Part shown: positions 31,001-40,796 of the stretch, in pieces
How the letters are laid out: each line of letters starts with the position of its first letter
How positions within the stretch are numbered: position 1 is the first letter of the stretch
Source: a virus
Taxonomy: Duplodnaviria; Caudoviricetes
Direction: 5' to 3' (one strand)
Length of the DNA: 64,000 nt
Virus record (IMG/VR): IMGVR_UViG_3300021431_000075
Span: 544,001 to 608,000 of that record
Position numbers and translations under genes: made by a program
Notes under the pieces: model-generated
What the model was told of the DNA's origin: nothing
What the model saw: only the letters and a program-made list of their open reading frames with translations
The model's database searches: none

Positions 31001-31782
31001 TTATTGCCGGCATCAGATGCAAGAACGCTCTTGATTCTCTTTGCAAGATTAAGACCGTTGTGGTTGGCTATGCCGGTCAGAGAGAACTTCTCGTTGATGT
31101 GGTTCTTCTTGATTTCGCTCTCGTTGAGTCTCTGGTCGATGTACCTCTCGACCTTCTTGAAAATGTTGTTCGTCAGCTTCTTCTGCTTGAACTCGTCACG
31201 CTTCCTTTCGATTTCTGCCTGCTGCTGCTCGTTCACGACCTCTCCGCCGAATAGGTAAGGTCTCTCGTTCGCAGTTTCCGTAATGTTCACGATGAACATG
31301 TCTGCGAGACCTGGGTTGAAGTTGCGGAGATTGTCAATCTCCTCAAGAAGCTCGTTGCGTGTCTCGTCGCAAGGTTCTGCGATGTAGCGGTTGTAAGACT
31401 CGCGCACAGACTCGCGCACGTACTCGTCATTGATGTCCTCAATGAGCTTGAAGCCGCAGAGCTCTGTGAAGTTCTCGTCAAGAATGTTGTCCATCTTCTT
31501 AAGAACTTCCTTGACGTTCTTGTTGCCGGTCGAGAACTGGCGCAATCCAGTGCCGAAAGACTCGAACATCATGAACTGCTTGCCGCCATGCTTGATTCTC
31601 TCGTCATAGCGCATCAGGTAGGACATAAGGCTCGGATTCTTCTTGCCTTCTCCAAGCAGACCGTCGATGTATCGCTGGATGTTGAACACGACAGAACCGT
31701 CCGGAGTGTCGTTCATCTCGTTCTGAATGGATTCAGTGATAATCTGGCGAATCGACGCCTTAACATCTTCATTTTTATCCAT
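28036..31782 (-). CDS. Large protein with coiled coil and very long Asp/Glu-rich region; possible head scaffold/core protein
   Basis: 1248 aa; the C-terminal ~550 aa are D/E-rich and end in a basic tail; ATAAATA at 31824..31830. Confidence 0.7.
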   Translation of the reverse strand: MDKNEDVKASIRQIITESIQNEMNDTPDGSVVFNIQRYIDGLLGEGKKNPSLMSYLMRYDERIKHGGKQFMMFESFGTGLRQFSTGNKNVKEVLKKMDNILDENFTELCGFKLIEDINDEYVRESVRESYNRYIAEPCDETRNELLEEIDNLRNFNPGLADMFIVNITETANERPYLFGGEVVNEQQQAEIERKRDEFKQKKLTNNIFKKVERYIDQRLNESEIKKNHINEKFSLTGIANHNGLNLAKRIKSVLASDAGNNDKLKNVLSEYANALANGAYEERLYETLLQNTSMYNYLLPVDKMRKDIKKVVEKNQESIALTKLLEEMRDSYSSYIYVELIQEDVARYVLNPNATNRVQLRNALMPYAHDPYISAMFDVIYQSDSIKANSISEKAISIKEEIDIIRQNATVSPIYTPVQYIRENESIFNVNGQYFVKKGNIMSVLDKKYISHLDERFVELCHLVNDPHVHICDDHIDLIGTDYSATIYEGYVDINGYKEDRESLRRLDEMCIKYDNYDTNFYIMCSCLLENFNNIARIDWAKHISLNSNTDITADLFKLDENIYMATHNNALMKHTFYRNVNPIFCKNTLNEHMGINVSSLFGDLLPNQDKIILRLNETKNEYEKSIEEYTQAIEDLKAAKEEATTDEIKKEITDMIDDSKQKLKDIKDEYKQWQKDNDEALATKKSDDDDEEDDENTKTETSNEPVSADEAEAMKDELSQPVQKVTGDEDIEIPAGYDGSTADGEYDADDATGEISDAEFDDYLDGAGSGNAEEDGVTDADTAAINSLATQYGGDDEPAEDTDSVSDQEVDDIVNDIEDGSDATDDEEFQEVDTEDVDNLDDEPAETEVDAEELGDEYVDGDDIFDETDEEGNDEISDEPAAEDVPSDEDIIIGDDFGEENNDNLAGMETVDAETGETDEEGSEATDIFGGDVEDPIDLNKEVDTELFNPHVETPDYSIVNVMFDGNVKNSTVMKSGTVLVLKPVITADGSKDVENVEIKFYLSGDDNTPILDMNEKMSTSMYNSIINAITSHPQYADVCANGVTVSSADAVVTDDIKTVDAGGNDDDWENEYIEDGNDEDKGIFTIGDEEDTDDDVNFDIDTDEVDAAAGIENDDDNLPPADVDDTETIEIDDNGDEDLEIDGLDDEDDFDFGDIFGDLGDDVDAVDAVDASVDTATDPVDTYTDAEGTEIEVPAEKIGNASDDEAEDADENIELDDVIPESYKRRRSGKRINEKRSILSIKKVRK

Positions 31783-31865
31783 TTGTTATATATGATTTTT
31801 CTTATTTTTCTGCTTTGTTGAATTATTTATTTAGACAAAAATATGTCAAAATATAGAATTTTTGT

Positions 31866-33251
31866 CTAAATTATTGTAATCCAGTCACTTACGACTTTAT
31901 TCTCTTTTTGATAATGATCCTTGACAATCAGTCTGATTCTCTTTGCATCAATATTGTTGTTATACACAAAACACTCAAAATCAACAGGATTCATCTCATC
32001 AACCATGAAATTGTAGAGATTGACAGTTATGTCATGCTCCTCGATCATGTCATCCTTGTTCAAGAAAGACATGACAGCGGGAACCTTGTAGTTCGGCGAC
32101 GGAGCGATGAAGAAGCCGCGCGACTTGACATAGACGTTCTCCGGCTCCACAAGATGGGTTGACGGATCCGGAATGACAGATATTTCCGGCTGGCTCGTCA
32201 CAGTCACAGTATCCGTGTTCGGAATGATGACATCTATGCGTCCGTTGTCTGTCAGGTCGTCCGGAATCCTCAGGTGGTACATGTGATGATTGTCAATCGA
32301 GTCGAGAAGATATTCTGTGTCGTCGCCCTCGACCTGATAGCAAATATCGACAAACAGCAAGTCACGGTCCATGTATGTCTCGTACCACTCGATGAGAATG
32401 TCCTGACCCGTCACGAGAACCATTCCGGCAAAGTCTGTTTTCCAGACAATCGGACCAGTCCTGTTCGGATGCACTTCCTCGTCCTTGTGGTTATTCACCC
32501 AGATGTTCGCTCCGATGTTGTTGATAGAGCAGTCTGCCGGCGTTTCTGTATACGGATCGAAAACCGGCTGGTATGTCTCGCATTGTAGCGAAAGTGACAG
32601 TTTTATCCAGAGTTCGCCCGGAGCCTGTCCTGTCACAAAAGAAGAACCTTGCGAGCTGAGCTGCGTTTCAGGGAAACCGACACGGCACGGGCATACAGTC
32701 CCGCGGTAGTTGAAATGGAAAGTCTTGACCTTGTAGAAGTACTCCCTGATTGCCTGATCAATCTTGAAGGCAGTCAGCATCGTGTCGCATCTTATTTCAA
32801 GGTTGAACTGGAACTGCAGAGGCATCGAGTATAGATAAGAGACGTATGTCTTGAGCTTTCCGTCCTCGAACTTCGTGAACCTTCCCATAGAAAACCTGTT
32901 CGTTATGCTTCCGGAATCTATGCTGACAGATGCAAGCGAAAGCCTTCCCTGCGGATAGAAGTCGAAGTTTCCGTCAATCTTCTTGAGACCAATCGACGTG
33001 CATTCGTCTGACGTGAAGAACGTGTAGTTGTCCTGAATGAACCTCTCGGAGTTGATGTTGCTGCCGCCGAAGTCATAGAAGAAAGGGACAGTGACGTTCT
33101 GGATGCCGCCGTTCTCTTCCGACCATACCTGCTGATACACAAGCTTGCGGTTGAGGATGCGCAGGAGACCCATGATGACCTCTCTGTCAAACACGTCTGT
33201 TGTGTTCCTTCTCTCGAACAGCTGCTTTGGTGTTAAAACCGTCTTTGACAT
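31866..33251 (-). CDS. Tail completion / sheath stabiliser (T4 gp15-like)
   Basis: VTVPFFY, YPQGRLSLASVSID, MPLQFQFNLEI and IREYFY resemble the gp15 family; ATAAATA at 33277..33283. Confidence 0.6.
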   Translation of the reverse strand: MSKTVLTPKQLFERRNTTDVFDREVIMGLLRILNRKLVYQQVWSEENGGIQNVTVPFFYDFGGSNINSERFIQDNYTFFTSDECTSIGLKKIDGNFDFYPQGRLSLASVSIDSGSITNRFSMGRFTKFEDGKLKTYVSYLYSMPLQFQFNLEIRCDTMLTAFKIDQAIREYFYKVKTFHFNYRGTVCPCRVGFPETQLSSQGSSFVTGQAPGELWIKLSLSLQCETYQPVFDPYTETPADCSINNIGANIWVNNHKDEEVHPNRTGPIVWKTDFAGMVLVTGQDILIEWYETYMDRDLLFVDICYQVEGDDTEYLLDSIDNHHMYHLRIPDDLTDNGRIDVIIPNTDTVTVTSQPEISVIPDPSTHLVEPENVYVKSRGFFIAPSPNYKVPAVMSFLNKDDMIEEHDITVNLYNFMVDEMNPVDFECFVYNNNIDAKRIRLIVKDHYQKENKVVSDWITII

Positions 33252-33345
33252 ATAATGTACTATTGATATTATAAGATATTTATTAGAAATTTAGCCACAT
33301 AATGAAAACAAAATAAATATCTTATAATAAATTCCGTTTCCGAAA

Positions 33346-34815
33346 ATGAAGATAAATGAAAGTCTTTTCGACGAAGTGAATCCGGATGAAGTGAACGATA
33401 CCGAAGAAAACAAATTCGACACTTCAGGGATGCTGATGCTGAATATACACATGCTCAAGAGAAGCAAGAAAGAGGTTCCGCCCCGTGTTCTTCGCGGCTT
33501 TAATGAGGTGATGTACAACATTTCTATGCTGTTCTCGCTGGATGTGGACTTTGATAATATGAAACGCGCTCCGATAGAAATCTATTATAAGAACGGAGAT
33601 TCATTACACACCACAGACAGTTATGACAAGAGAGACTTTCCATATACAAGGGACAAGACAAAATGCCGTCTTGACAACTATTCTTTCTTCACAATCAGAT
33701 ATGACTACTTGAAGATAAATTTCAGCAATGTCGCCAGCATTTCAAAATTCCTGATAAAACTGTTCATCAGACTCCAGTGTGTGACGAACAACGTGTATGA
33801 CATAACGTTCAGAACATATGACAATAGGTTTGACAAGAAAGACATATTCCTGTTCACGCTGAATCCGATTGCGTTCTATCAGATTTCGTCAGACTATGAC
33901 TACTATAGAAGAACTATCTTTCCGAAATGTATGACAAGCCTATATAAGATGCTTCTCGGCTGGAGTGCAAGCAAGATTCCCGATGAAGATGCGAACGACC
34001 AAATTAACTATACGAATATCATCAACTATATGATTTCGTCAAACATTGCAAGCAATTTCGTTAGATTCAACTTGCTAAATACAGTTGATAAAAACAATAT
34101 CATCGAATGCAGATCCATGCAATTGCATAATCAATCACAAGGTGATTGTTTGGAGTTGGAAATTAAAGGCATCAATATCAAGAACATATTGAACAAGAAT
34201 GGAGATATATTTCCATTATGGTTCACGAATATTATGAAAATGTACAGATGTGAAGGATTTGTGAAAGTCGGCTTGCTATCGTTATCGTATGAAAAAGGCG
34301 ACATATTCGTGAATGGAGAGTTGAACCCGAGAATAAAAATATCATATGTAAACAGTCAAGATATCGGAAAGACATTCTTCTTTGAGACCGGAGACAACAA
34401 CACGGCATATAACATATTAAGATTAAGCGACTATACGCTGCTATCAAAGAAATGGTTCAATTCAGTGCGTTATTGCCAGAATTCCGGACTGTTCGTTATA
34501 AAATGCGGAACTGCACTTTCATATGCATATATGACCAAAGATGGAAAAATCGTTAATAACAAGTGGTTTAAAAACATAACAGATTTTAATCTTGCCGGCT
34601 ATGCTGTCGCGTCAATGTGTGAGAATGAATACTATATAATTGACAAGAATCTAAAAAGAATGAGCCAGAACTACTACTCGATTACAAACTTGGTTTCTTC
34701 TTATTCTTATGATAAAAATGCGAATGAAGCGATATTCAAAGTTGTAAGGGCATCTGATAAGAAAACGAACTTTTTGATGAATGACTTTAGTCTTAAGAAT
34801 GAAGAATGGATGTAA
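33346..34815 (+). CDS. Hypothetical protein with C-terminal WG-like beta repeats
   Basis: Repeats SKKWFNSVRY, NNKWFKNITDFNLAGYAVA and KNEEWM; MKINE leader; ATAAATA at 33313..33319. Confidence 0.6.
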   Translation: MKINESLFDEVNPDEVNDTEENKFDTSGMLMLNIHMLKRSKKEVPPRVLRGFNEVMYNISMLFSLDVDFDNMKRAPIEIYYKNGDSLHTTDSYDKRDFPYTRDKTKCRLDNYSFFTIRYDYLKINFSNVASISKFLIKLFIRLQCVTNNVYDITFRTYDNRFDKKDIFLFTLNPIAFYQISSDYDYYRRTIFPKCMTSLYKMLLGWSASKIPDEDANDQINYTNIINYMISSNIASNFVRFNLLNTVDKNNIIECRSMQLHNQSQGDCLELEIKGINIKNILNKNGDIFPLWFTNIMKMYRCEGFVKVGLLSLSYEKGDIFVNGELNPRIKISYVNSQDIGKTFFFETGDNNTAYNILRLSDYTLLSKKWFNSVRYCQNSGLFVIKCGTALSYAYMTKDGKIVNNKWFKNITDFNLAGYAVASMCENEYYIIDKNLKRMSQNYYSITNLVSSYSYDKNANEAIFKVVRASDKKTNFLMNDFSLKNEEWM

Positions 34816-34836
34816 TGTTTGATGTGACAAAATAAG

Positions 34837-34869
34837 AAAAACCCAGACTTCTTTGGAAGCCTGGGTTTT
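34837..34869. terminator. Bidirectional intrinsic terminator
   Basis: AAAACCCAGACTTC...GAAGCCTGGGTTTT; related in sequence to the 25004 hairpin. Confidence 0.7.
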
Positions 34870-34889
34870 ATTTTTGTCGCTTTGATAAT

Positions 34890-37385
34890 TTATCTACAAG
34901 TTTTTATAAATTCTGAAATTATTCCAGCATATACTTTATTTGCATCTCCACTAATATCAATATGCGGATGAACGCCGTCTTGATTATAAAGTCTAAAAAC
35001 ATTACAACCTGTGTTATTGTCAATGCAGTCGTTTGCTACACTTGGTCTTCCTTGTGACGATGGATATAATTCAAGAAAGTATTCTTTTGCAGTAGGAATA
35101 ATATGATTGCTGAAACCTAAATACTTATATACTTCACATAGTGGGAAAGCCCAGCTTTTTGCTATTGATTCTTGCGCTGAAATTATTGAAGAATATGAAG
35201 GTCTATCCCCGTTTTCATATTCATAATTGCTAATAAAAACAATTCTTGCCTTTGGTTTCCAAGACAAAATAACAGTAACAATGAAATTGATAGAACCGAT
35301 GTAACAATTTCTGTTAAGACTTGCTGCAAATGATGCAATATTTGATTCGCCAACTCTTTGAATCAATTTCGCTCCGTCGCCAATCGTATTATTTAAATCA
35401 TTTCTAATATTCAAGAAATAAGCAAGTCTTTCATAGTTATTTGCAGTCATAAATGAATCTTCAGCTAAAATACTATTCGATATATTCTCAACAGTTGGCT
35501 CTAATATTATATCTGGTGTGTCGTCGGAAAGTTTATAATATGTTTTGAAATCATTATGACCGTGATCAATGACAAATAAATCTGGAATCAAACCATTTGG
35601 GTTCTTTGTTGTGACAGTTCCTTCTAAATACGGCATAAGTTTATCTTCAAAACTTGACACTCTTAGTCTTGCAATGTCATTATTATCCAACACAAAGCCG
35701 GTGTTATTGAAATTGGAATCCGTACCATTGATGATATTTTCTATTTCTTGTTTTGTCCTTGACAAACATGATGTACAGTTATCTTTATTGATACTAACAT
35801 AGTCACCAGTCCTTACGTTTGCTCTACACATAGAAGAACCGACAGATTCATTGAAAATAGTAGCATTTAAATTTATACCAACTTCTTTTGGGTAATTACC
35901 AGCGACAGTTTCTTCAGTTCCCAATGCTGAATCTTTTCCGGCAGGAATAGACGTACCACACCACCAAATCGACTTATTATTCCAGTAATTTGAATGTCCA
36001 ATATTTGATATGTTTTCTTGCAATTCTGCTATATTTTCTGTATTTGTGTCTATTAAGTCAAATTTGCTTATTTTTTGTACGAATACAATGCTTATAATTT
36101 TTACAGTACTTGCATATAGTTTGCAATCTGTATTTTGAGCAGCAAATGTATAAGTATCATTAGAACCAGAATTGCACCAATCTATGACAATGCCGGCATT
36201 TGTAGTCAATGCCATTCCATAAGAACCGGACTTAATTATGTTTAAAATGACTTTCGTGTTTGCAGGAACATCATAGATTCTATAACTCGATGATGTTAAT
36301 TCCTTTAGATTTACTTGCGAACCTTTTGTTTGAGTTCCGTAAACATAATAACCGCCAGTTTGCTGATATATATCTGTATTGTTTGTTACATCTTTTGTTA
36401 TTTCAGATGAAGCTGATTCCTTATCCAAATATTTAGCGTCACTTTCTGATTTGCTATAAAATTGTTTAGTTAACTTGATGATATTTCTACAAGAAGCACT
36501 TGTTGTTGAACCTTCAACATATATTTTAATTGTGTTTGATGGAATTTCAAATATAGTCGGTTCTTCATATGCAATTCCAAGTTCTCCAAATATAGCCGTA
36601 TCTTGATTGGATGAATCAAAACAAATCATAATAGGGCTATTGCTATTGTTAGGTTGTTTTCCTGTAATTGCAACTTTGGTAGTTCCTTGTTCTAATGCAT
36701 ATTCAAGAACAGTAAAATCTTGATTTGTGCTAATCTTGTTTGTTGTTGTTATATTCGTGCAATATTGTGGATATGATGTTGTTGGAGTTATTTCTGTTCC
36801 AATTTCTTCTTCACTTAAATCATCAATCAATGAAGTTATTTTTTCATTTACTGTAACATCAGCATCCATCAAAGTTTCAATTCTTTCTTTGATTGTCTCT
36901 GATGAATTTATTACTTCTATTTTTACTACTTTATTTAATAATGCATGTATATAACCTGTAGATGAAATTGGAGCAAATTCATGACTGCCGCCATCTGTTG
37001 AAGTTACAAATTCTTTTACAATATCAGAACTATCAGTTAATACGAATCCGTAATTGCCAGTAGTGAGATATTCCAGTTGAACTTTGCAATTTGCTGGTAT
37101 TTCATATCTCTTGACATTATATGTAGTACTTCCGGGTGGTACAATTGCGATTGTTTGACCGACTACTTGGGTTTTAGAAGGATAACCAGAATAACTTACA
37201 CTTTCAGCAAGCGGAATAGTTATATTGTCAAAATGCAACTGCTTATCAATTTCTTCAAATTCATTAGTCAATGCAGCCTGCGTAATGCCACCATCTGTAT
37301 TATTGCCAAGTTCATCATAAAGAGTTCCTTTTATCTTATATGGAATATCTTGAATGTTTATTGATGTTACGATTGGATCGCCCAT
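34890..37385 (-). CDS. Cassette 2L: virion-type protein with a C-terminal SGNH hydrolase
   Basis: MGDPIVT...YKIKGTLYDELGNNTDGGITQAA N-terminus; WCGTS, VGSS, DHGHND and DGVHP motifs. Confidence 0.75.
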   Translation of the reverse strand: MGDPIVTSINIQDIPYKIKGTLYDELGNNTDGGITQAALTNEFEEIDKQLHFDNITIPLAESVSYSGYPSKTQVVGQTIAIVPPGSTTYNVKRYEIPANCKVQLEYLTTGNYGFVLTDSSDIVKEFVTSTDGGSHEFAPISSTGYIHALLNKVVKIEVINSSETIKERIETLMDADVTVNEKITSLIDDLSEEEIGTEITPTTSYPQYCTNITTTNKISTNQDFTVLEYALEQGTTKVAITGKQPNNSNSPIMICFDSSNQDTAIFGELGIAYEEPTIFEIPSNTIKIYVEGSTTSASCRNIIKLTKQFYSKSESDAKYLDKESASSEITKDVTNNTDIYQQTGGYYVYGTQTKGSQVNLKELTSSSYRIYDVPANTKVILNIIKSGSYGMALTTNAGIVIDWCNSGSNDTYTFAAQNTDCKLYASTVKIISIVFVQKISKFDLIDTNTENIAELQENISNIGHSNYWNNKSIWWCGTSIPAGKDSALGTEETVAGNYPKEVGINLNATIFNESVGSSMCRANVRTGDYVSINKDNCTSCLSRTKQEIENIINGTDSNFNNTGFVLDNNDIARLRVSSFEDKLMPYLEGTVTTKNPNGLIPDLFVIDHGHNDFKTYYKLSDDTPDIILEPTVENISNSILAEDSFMTANNYERLAYFLNIRNDLNNTIGDGAKLIQRVGESNIASFAASLNRNCYIGSINFIVTVILSWKPKARIVFISNYEYENGDRPSYSSIISAQESIAKSWAFPLCEVYKYLGFSNHIIPTAKEYFLELYPSSQGRPSVANDCIDNNTGCNVFRLYNQDGVHPHIDISGDANKVYAGIISEFIKTCR

Positions 37386-37405
37386 TTCTTAATACGGAAG
37401 TTATT

Positions 37406-37480
37406 TTATTGTTCAACCTGTGTTCTTTCAATAGAATTATCTTCAAAATCTGCATCCTTGATAATCAAAAGTTTTCCCAT
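37406..37480 (-). CDS. Micro-ORF MGKLLIIKDADFEDNSIERTQVEQ (24 aa)
   Basis: Manual translation; differs from the 22278 copy by synonymous changes and one E/D substitution. Confidence 0.65.
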   Translation of the reverse strand: MGKLLIIKDADFEDNSIERTQVEQ

Positions 37481-37504
37481 TGATTGCACTCTTATTTTTT
37501 AGAA

Positions 37505-37617
37505 ATTGTTTCTAAACAGGTAAGTTTGCATCTTGCTGGTTTTCAAAGACTTCAATTTGTTCACAATAGCATTATATGAAGTTGTAACTAACTGAAACTT
37601 ACCTGTTTAGAAACAAT
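37505..37617. repeat. Switch locus 2: 23-bp perfect inverted repeat with 67-bp spacer
   Basis: ATTGTTTCTAAACAGGTAAGTTT (37505-37527) and AAACTTACCTGTTTAGAAACAAT (37595-37617). The whole region ~37392..37729 is an inverted near-copy of ~22029..22366. Confidence 0.95.
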
Positions 37618-37679
37618 CGTTAAAAATACTAACACTTTTATTTTAATCATTTTAAAATAACATATGTAGCAAAGTTTTC

Positions 37680-37760
37680 ATGGGAAAGATTGTAATCATA
37701 AAGGATGCAGATTTTGAAGAAAATTCAATTGACATTCATCAAACATCATCAGAACAATAA
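37680..37760 (+). CDS. Micro-ORF MGKIVIIKDADFEENSIDIHQTSSEQ (26 aa)
   Basis: Manual translation; lies directly upstream of the 37781 gene. Confidence 0.65.
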   Translation: MGKIVIIKDADFEENSIDIHQTSSEQ

Positions 37761-37780
37761 AATAACTTCAACATCAAGAC

Positions 37781-40750
37781 ATGGGCGATCCAATTGTAAC
37801 GAAGATAAGCGTTCAAGACATTCAATATAAGATAAAAGGAACTCTTTATGACGAGCGTGGTTATAATACAGACGGTGGAATGACGCAATCTGCATTAAGC
37901 AGTTTGTTTGACAATATAGATCTTACATTGTCTGACATCAGAACAAAATCTGACGGTTTATCGCTCACATCAGAAGACGGTTTCTATATCATTGATGCAT
38001 CTGGAGACATAGCACTTAAAGTTGATAGCAATGGCGTGTTCGACGTATCTGCTATTGGAACGAATCTTCAAGAAATTATCGGAAACAAAGCGATACAAAC
38101 TGTTGATTCGTCGATTATAGAAATCAATAATACGATTGACAGTCTCGGAACAACTATTGATAATGTTGAAACAACTATTGATGATGTTGAAGGTGAAATA
38201 ACAGAATTGTCTAAAAATGCTCCACGTGTCGTAGATGATTACGGCGTCTATTTTACAGATGCTAACGGAAACATCATGTGGTTCATCAAGACATATAAAT
38301 GTTTAGAAGACGGTCTTTACTTCATAGATGAGCACGGCAATGTTGGTTTGCAATATGTAGATGGTGAATGGTCTTTTAGCAATCTAACAAATGTAGATGG
38401 AAGTGGTGGAGGAAGTTCTATTGATTCATCTACAATGGACCACTCATTGATAATGAGAGCAAATCGAGCAATAAAAGAACTCAATTCTGTCAAAAATCAA
38501 ATAGATCATTCTATACCATCATTATTAACACTTACTAATGGAGAAACACAATCAACATTCTCAACAACAGTTCAGAACACATCTGCTAAGGAAAAGGCAA
38601 TCGTTAGATTGAGATTGCACTATGGAAGTTCAAAGTACACTCCAGACAATAATGATATTTTCTTCAATGGAACTTGCAAAACGGATTTTAGCGACGTTAG
38701 GTTCTTTGACAGCAACGGAAACATGTTGAAAGCCGCATTCGGAGAACCGTTCCATCTTGGTGTGTATAGAGATACGAATCTGCATGGAACTGCACACGGA
38801 AGATACACAAAAATCACATCAAATGGTTATTTAATCAAACTTACCAACCAGGGAATTGTAATAACGAAGGATAATGGACAAACATGGACACCGATTGGTC
38901 CAAATGGTAGTGGTTATAAGAATTATTCCGAGTATCCGTCAGATGTGTATGGTTTTAGAGGTATGATTCCGGTTTTTGTTGATTCTAATAATAATTTATT
39001 TGGTTATTCAGGCGGAAAATTATATAAGATTGAACACGGAGCGAATTATGATTATGCAAATGAAGTAGAGGTCTGTGACTTTTCTTGGGTTTATACAGAT
39101 CCGTCAACAGGAGATACAAATACAGTATATCCGGAAATAACGCCGGCTGGAATGACTGAAGATATAAATGGCAATCTCTATTTCGGAACATATGCGGATA
39201 CAAAGTATTATCATGTAGACATATTTGTATCTACAAATCAAGGAAATTCCGGAACATGGGTTAAGAAATATCATAAAAGTGAAACAGACCTTGATGCTAC
39301 AGGGAATCGTCAAAAAGATTTTCAACATGTTCATCATGTCCATGCAGACAAATACTCTACCAAAGTATATGTCGGTATTGATGGCGGCTTTCCGGCACAA
39401 GGTCCAACACTCATATACACTGATGATGCCGGAGAAACATGGAATGATATCACAACAAGGTTAAAAGAGCATAGAGGTCATGACCAGTATCCTGCATATT
39501 TTGGACAAACATATAAGTTAGGTGGAGGTGAATCATATACTCTTGGTGGAAATTCAATCATCAGAGGAAATGCGGATGATACTGAATTTGAAGATGTTTG
39601 GAAAGGTTGGGGCGGAGTGCGTTTCATAAGCGACTTTGGCGATGATTCTCTGCTAATTGTCGGTATCCAAAGAAATTCTCATTTTGAAGAAAACCAGATA
39701 CTCTTATCATATGACCAGGGCAAGACTTGGAAAAACTTGATGCGCGTTGATACGCCCAAAAAGGTTACAAGTGGAGATGGATTCAGAAAAGCAATATATT
39801 GTGGAACTCTTGCTGGTGATACAGCACCTTGTGTTATTCTGAATCAGGGACATTTCACAGAAGCGTTTAGAGTATACAAAGAGACGAATGATTATTATAG
39901 AGAAGTTGAAGTAGAAGTTGATGACGTTCCATCTTCCGCTTCTGAAATAACAATCACTGCGAAAACAGGTTACGTAATGCCGTATCCATATACTACTGTT
40001 CGTGGTCTTGAAGTTGACGGGCTTGTATACGAGATTCCGTTCAATGAAGGTTGCGGAACAATGGTTCAAGATTCTCTTGGAAATATTGTTTCTATTGACG
40101 GAACAATTTCTTGGGAAACAAAAGAAGAACCAGTCAGATATGGAGAATATTCAAGCGAAGAAGATAAACCATTTGCATTCTCATCCGCAGCAAAAGTCAA
40201 TGGAATTCTTGACTTTGGAAAGATTGACGAATTGAATTTCTCAAATGGATATACGATAACTTTCTGGTGGAACGAGAAGAACCGTTTGTGTCATTATACG
40301 GAAGAAGAAAGATATGACCACGGTTATTTGACGAATCCTGTAATTTTGAGAATCCTGTCAGCCGGTAACTATGACTTGGTTAGAACAAGGGAAGCGATGT
40401 TCAGCATTATTCCAAGAGGCGCGACAACAAGAAACATTACCAATGGTCATTCAGCGGGAATGCAAGCGCTTCCTTGCAGTGATAATTATTGCTTTATCTG
40501 CATTGTTGTTAGCGACACAAGAATTTATCTTTATCTCAATGGCTCGTTATCAGGTGGCAACACTGTTGGTTCTTGGGTTGGTTTTAATGATATGAATCTT
40601 TCAGAGAACAACTTGGTCATAGGTAGTGCAGATACAGAGACGCCGGGTTATATTTCAGATTTCAAAATATACAACAGACAACTTTCAGATACTGAGATTA
40701 GAGACATTTACAAAGGCTTCAATTACGAGCCGCGACCAGAAAATCCTTAA
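37781..40750 (+). CDS. Cassette 2R: virion-type protein with a BNR/Asp-box propeller (sialidase-like) and C-terminal LamG-like lectin domain
   Basis: Shared N-terminus; DFSDVRF (DUF2341-like); Asp boxes TKDNGQTW, TDDAGETW and SYDQGKTW; GYISDFKIYNRQLSDTEI. Confidence 0.75.
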   Translation: MGDPIVTKISVQDIQYKIKGTLYDERGYNTDGGMTQSALSSLFDNIDLTLSDIRTKSDGLSLTSEDGFYIIDASGDIALKVDSNGVFDVSAIGTNLQEIIGNKAIQTVDSSIIEINNTIDSLGTTIDNVETTIDDVEGEITELSKNAPRVVDDYGVYFTDANGNIMWFIKTYKCLEDGLYFIDEHGNVGLQYVDGEWSFSNLTNVDGSGGGSSIDSSTMDHSLIMRANRAIKELNSVKNQIDHSIPSLLTLTNGETQSTFSTTVQNTSAKEKAIVRLRLHYGSSKYTPDNNDIFFNGTCKTDFSDVRFFDSNGNMLKAAFGEPFHLGVYRDTNLHGTAHGRYTKITSNGYLIKLTNQGIVITKDNGQTWTPIGPNGSGYKNYSEYPSDVYGFRGMIPVFVDSNNNLFGYSGGKLYKIEHGANYDYANEVEVCDFSWVYTDPSTGDTNTVYPEITPAGMTEDINGNLYFGTYADTKYYHVDIFVSTNQGNSGTWVKKYHKSETDLDATGNRQKDFQHVHHVHADKYSTKVYVGIDGGFPAQGPTLIYTDDAGETWNDITTRLKEHRGHDQYPAYFGQTYKLGGGESYTLGGNSIIRGNADDTEFEDVWKGWGGVRFISDFGDDSLLIVGIQRNSHFEENQILLSYDQGKTWKNLMRVDTPKKVTSGDGFRKAIYCGTLAGDTAPCVILNQGHFTEAFRVYKETNDYYREVEVEVDDVPSSASEITITAKTGYVMPYPYTTVRGLEVDGLVYEIPFNEGCGTMVQDSLGNIVSIDGTISWETKEEPVRYGEYSSEEDKPFAFSSAAKVNGILDFGKIDELNFSNGYTITFWWNEKNRLCHYTEEERYDHGYLTNPVILRILSAGNYDLVRTREAMFSIIPRGATTRNITNGHSAGMQALPCSDNYCFICIVVSDTRIYLYLNGSLSGGNTVGSWVGFNDMNLSENNLVIGSADTETPGYISDFKIYNRQLSDTEIRDIYKGFNYEPRPENP

Positions 40751-40796
40751 TCCGGAATTTTTTAATTCTATTAAAATAATTTGATATAATAATTAT

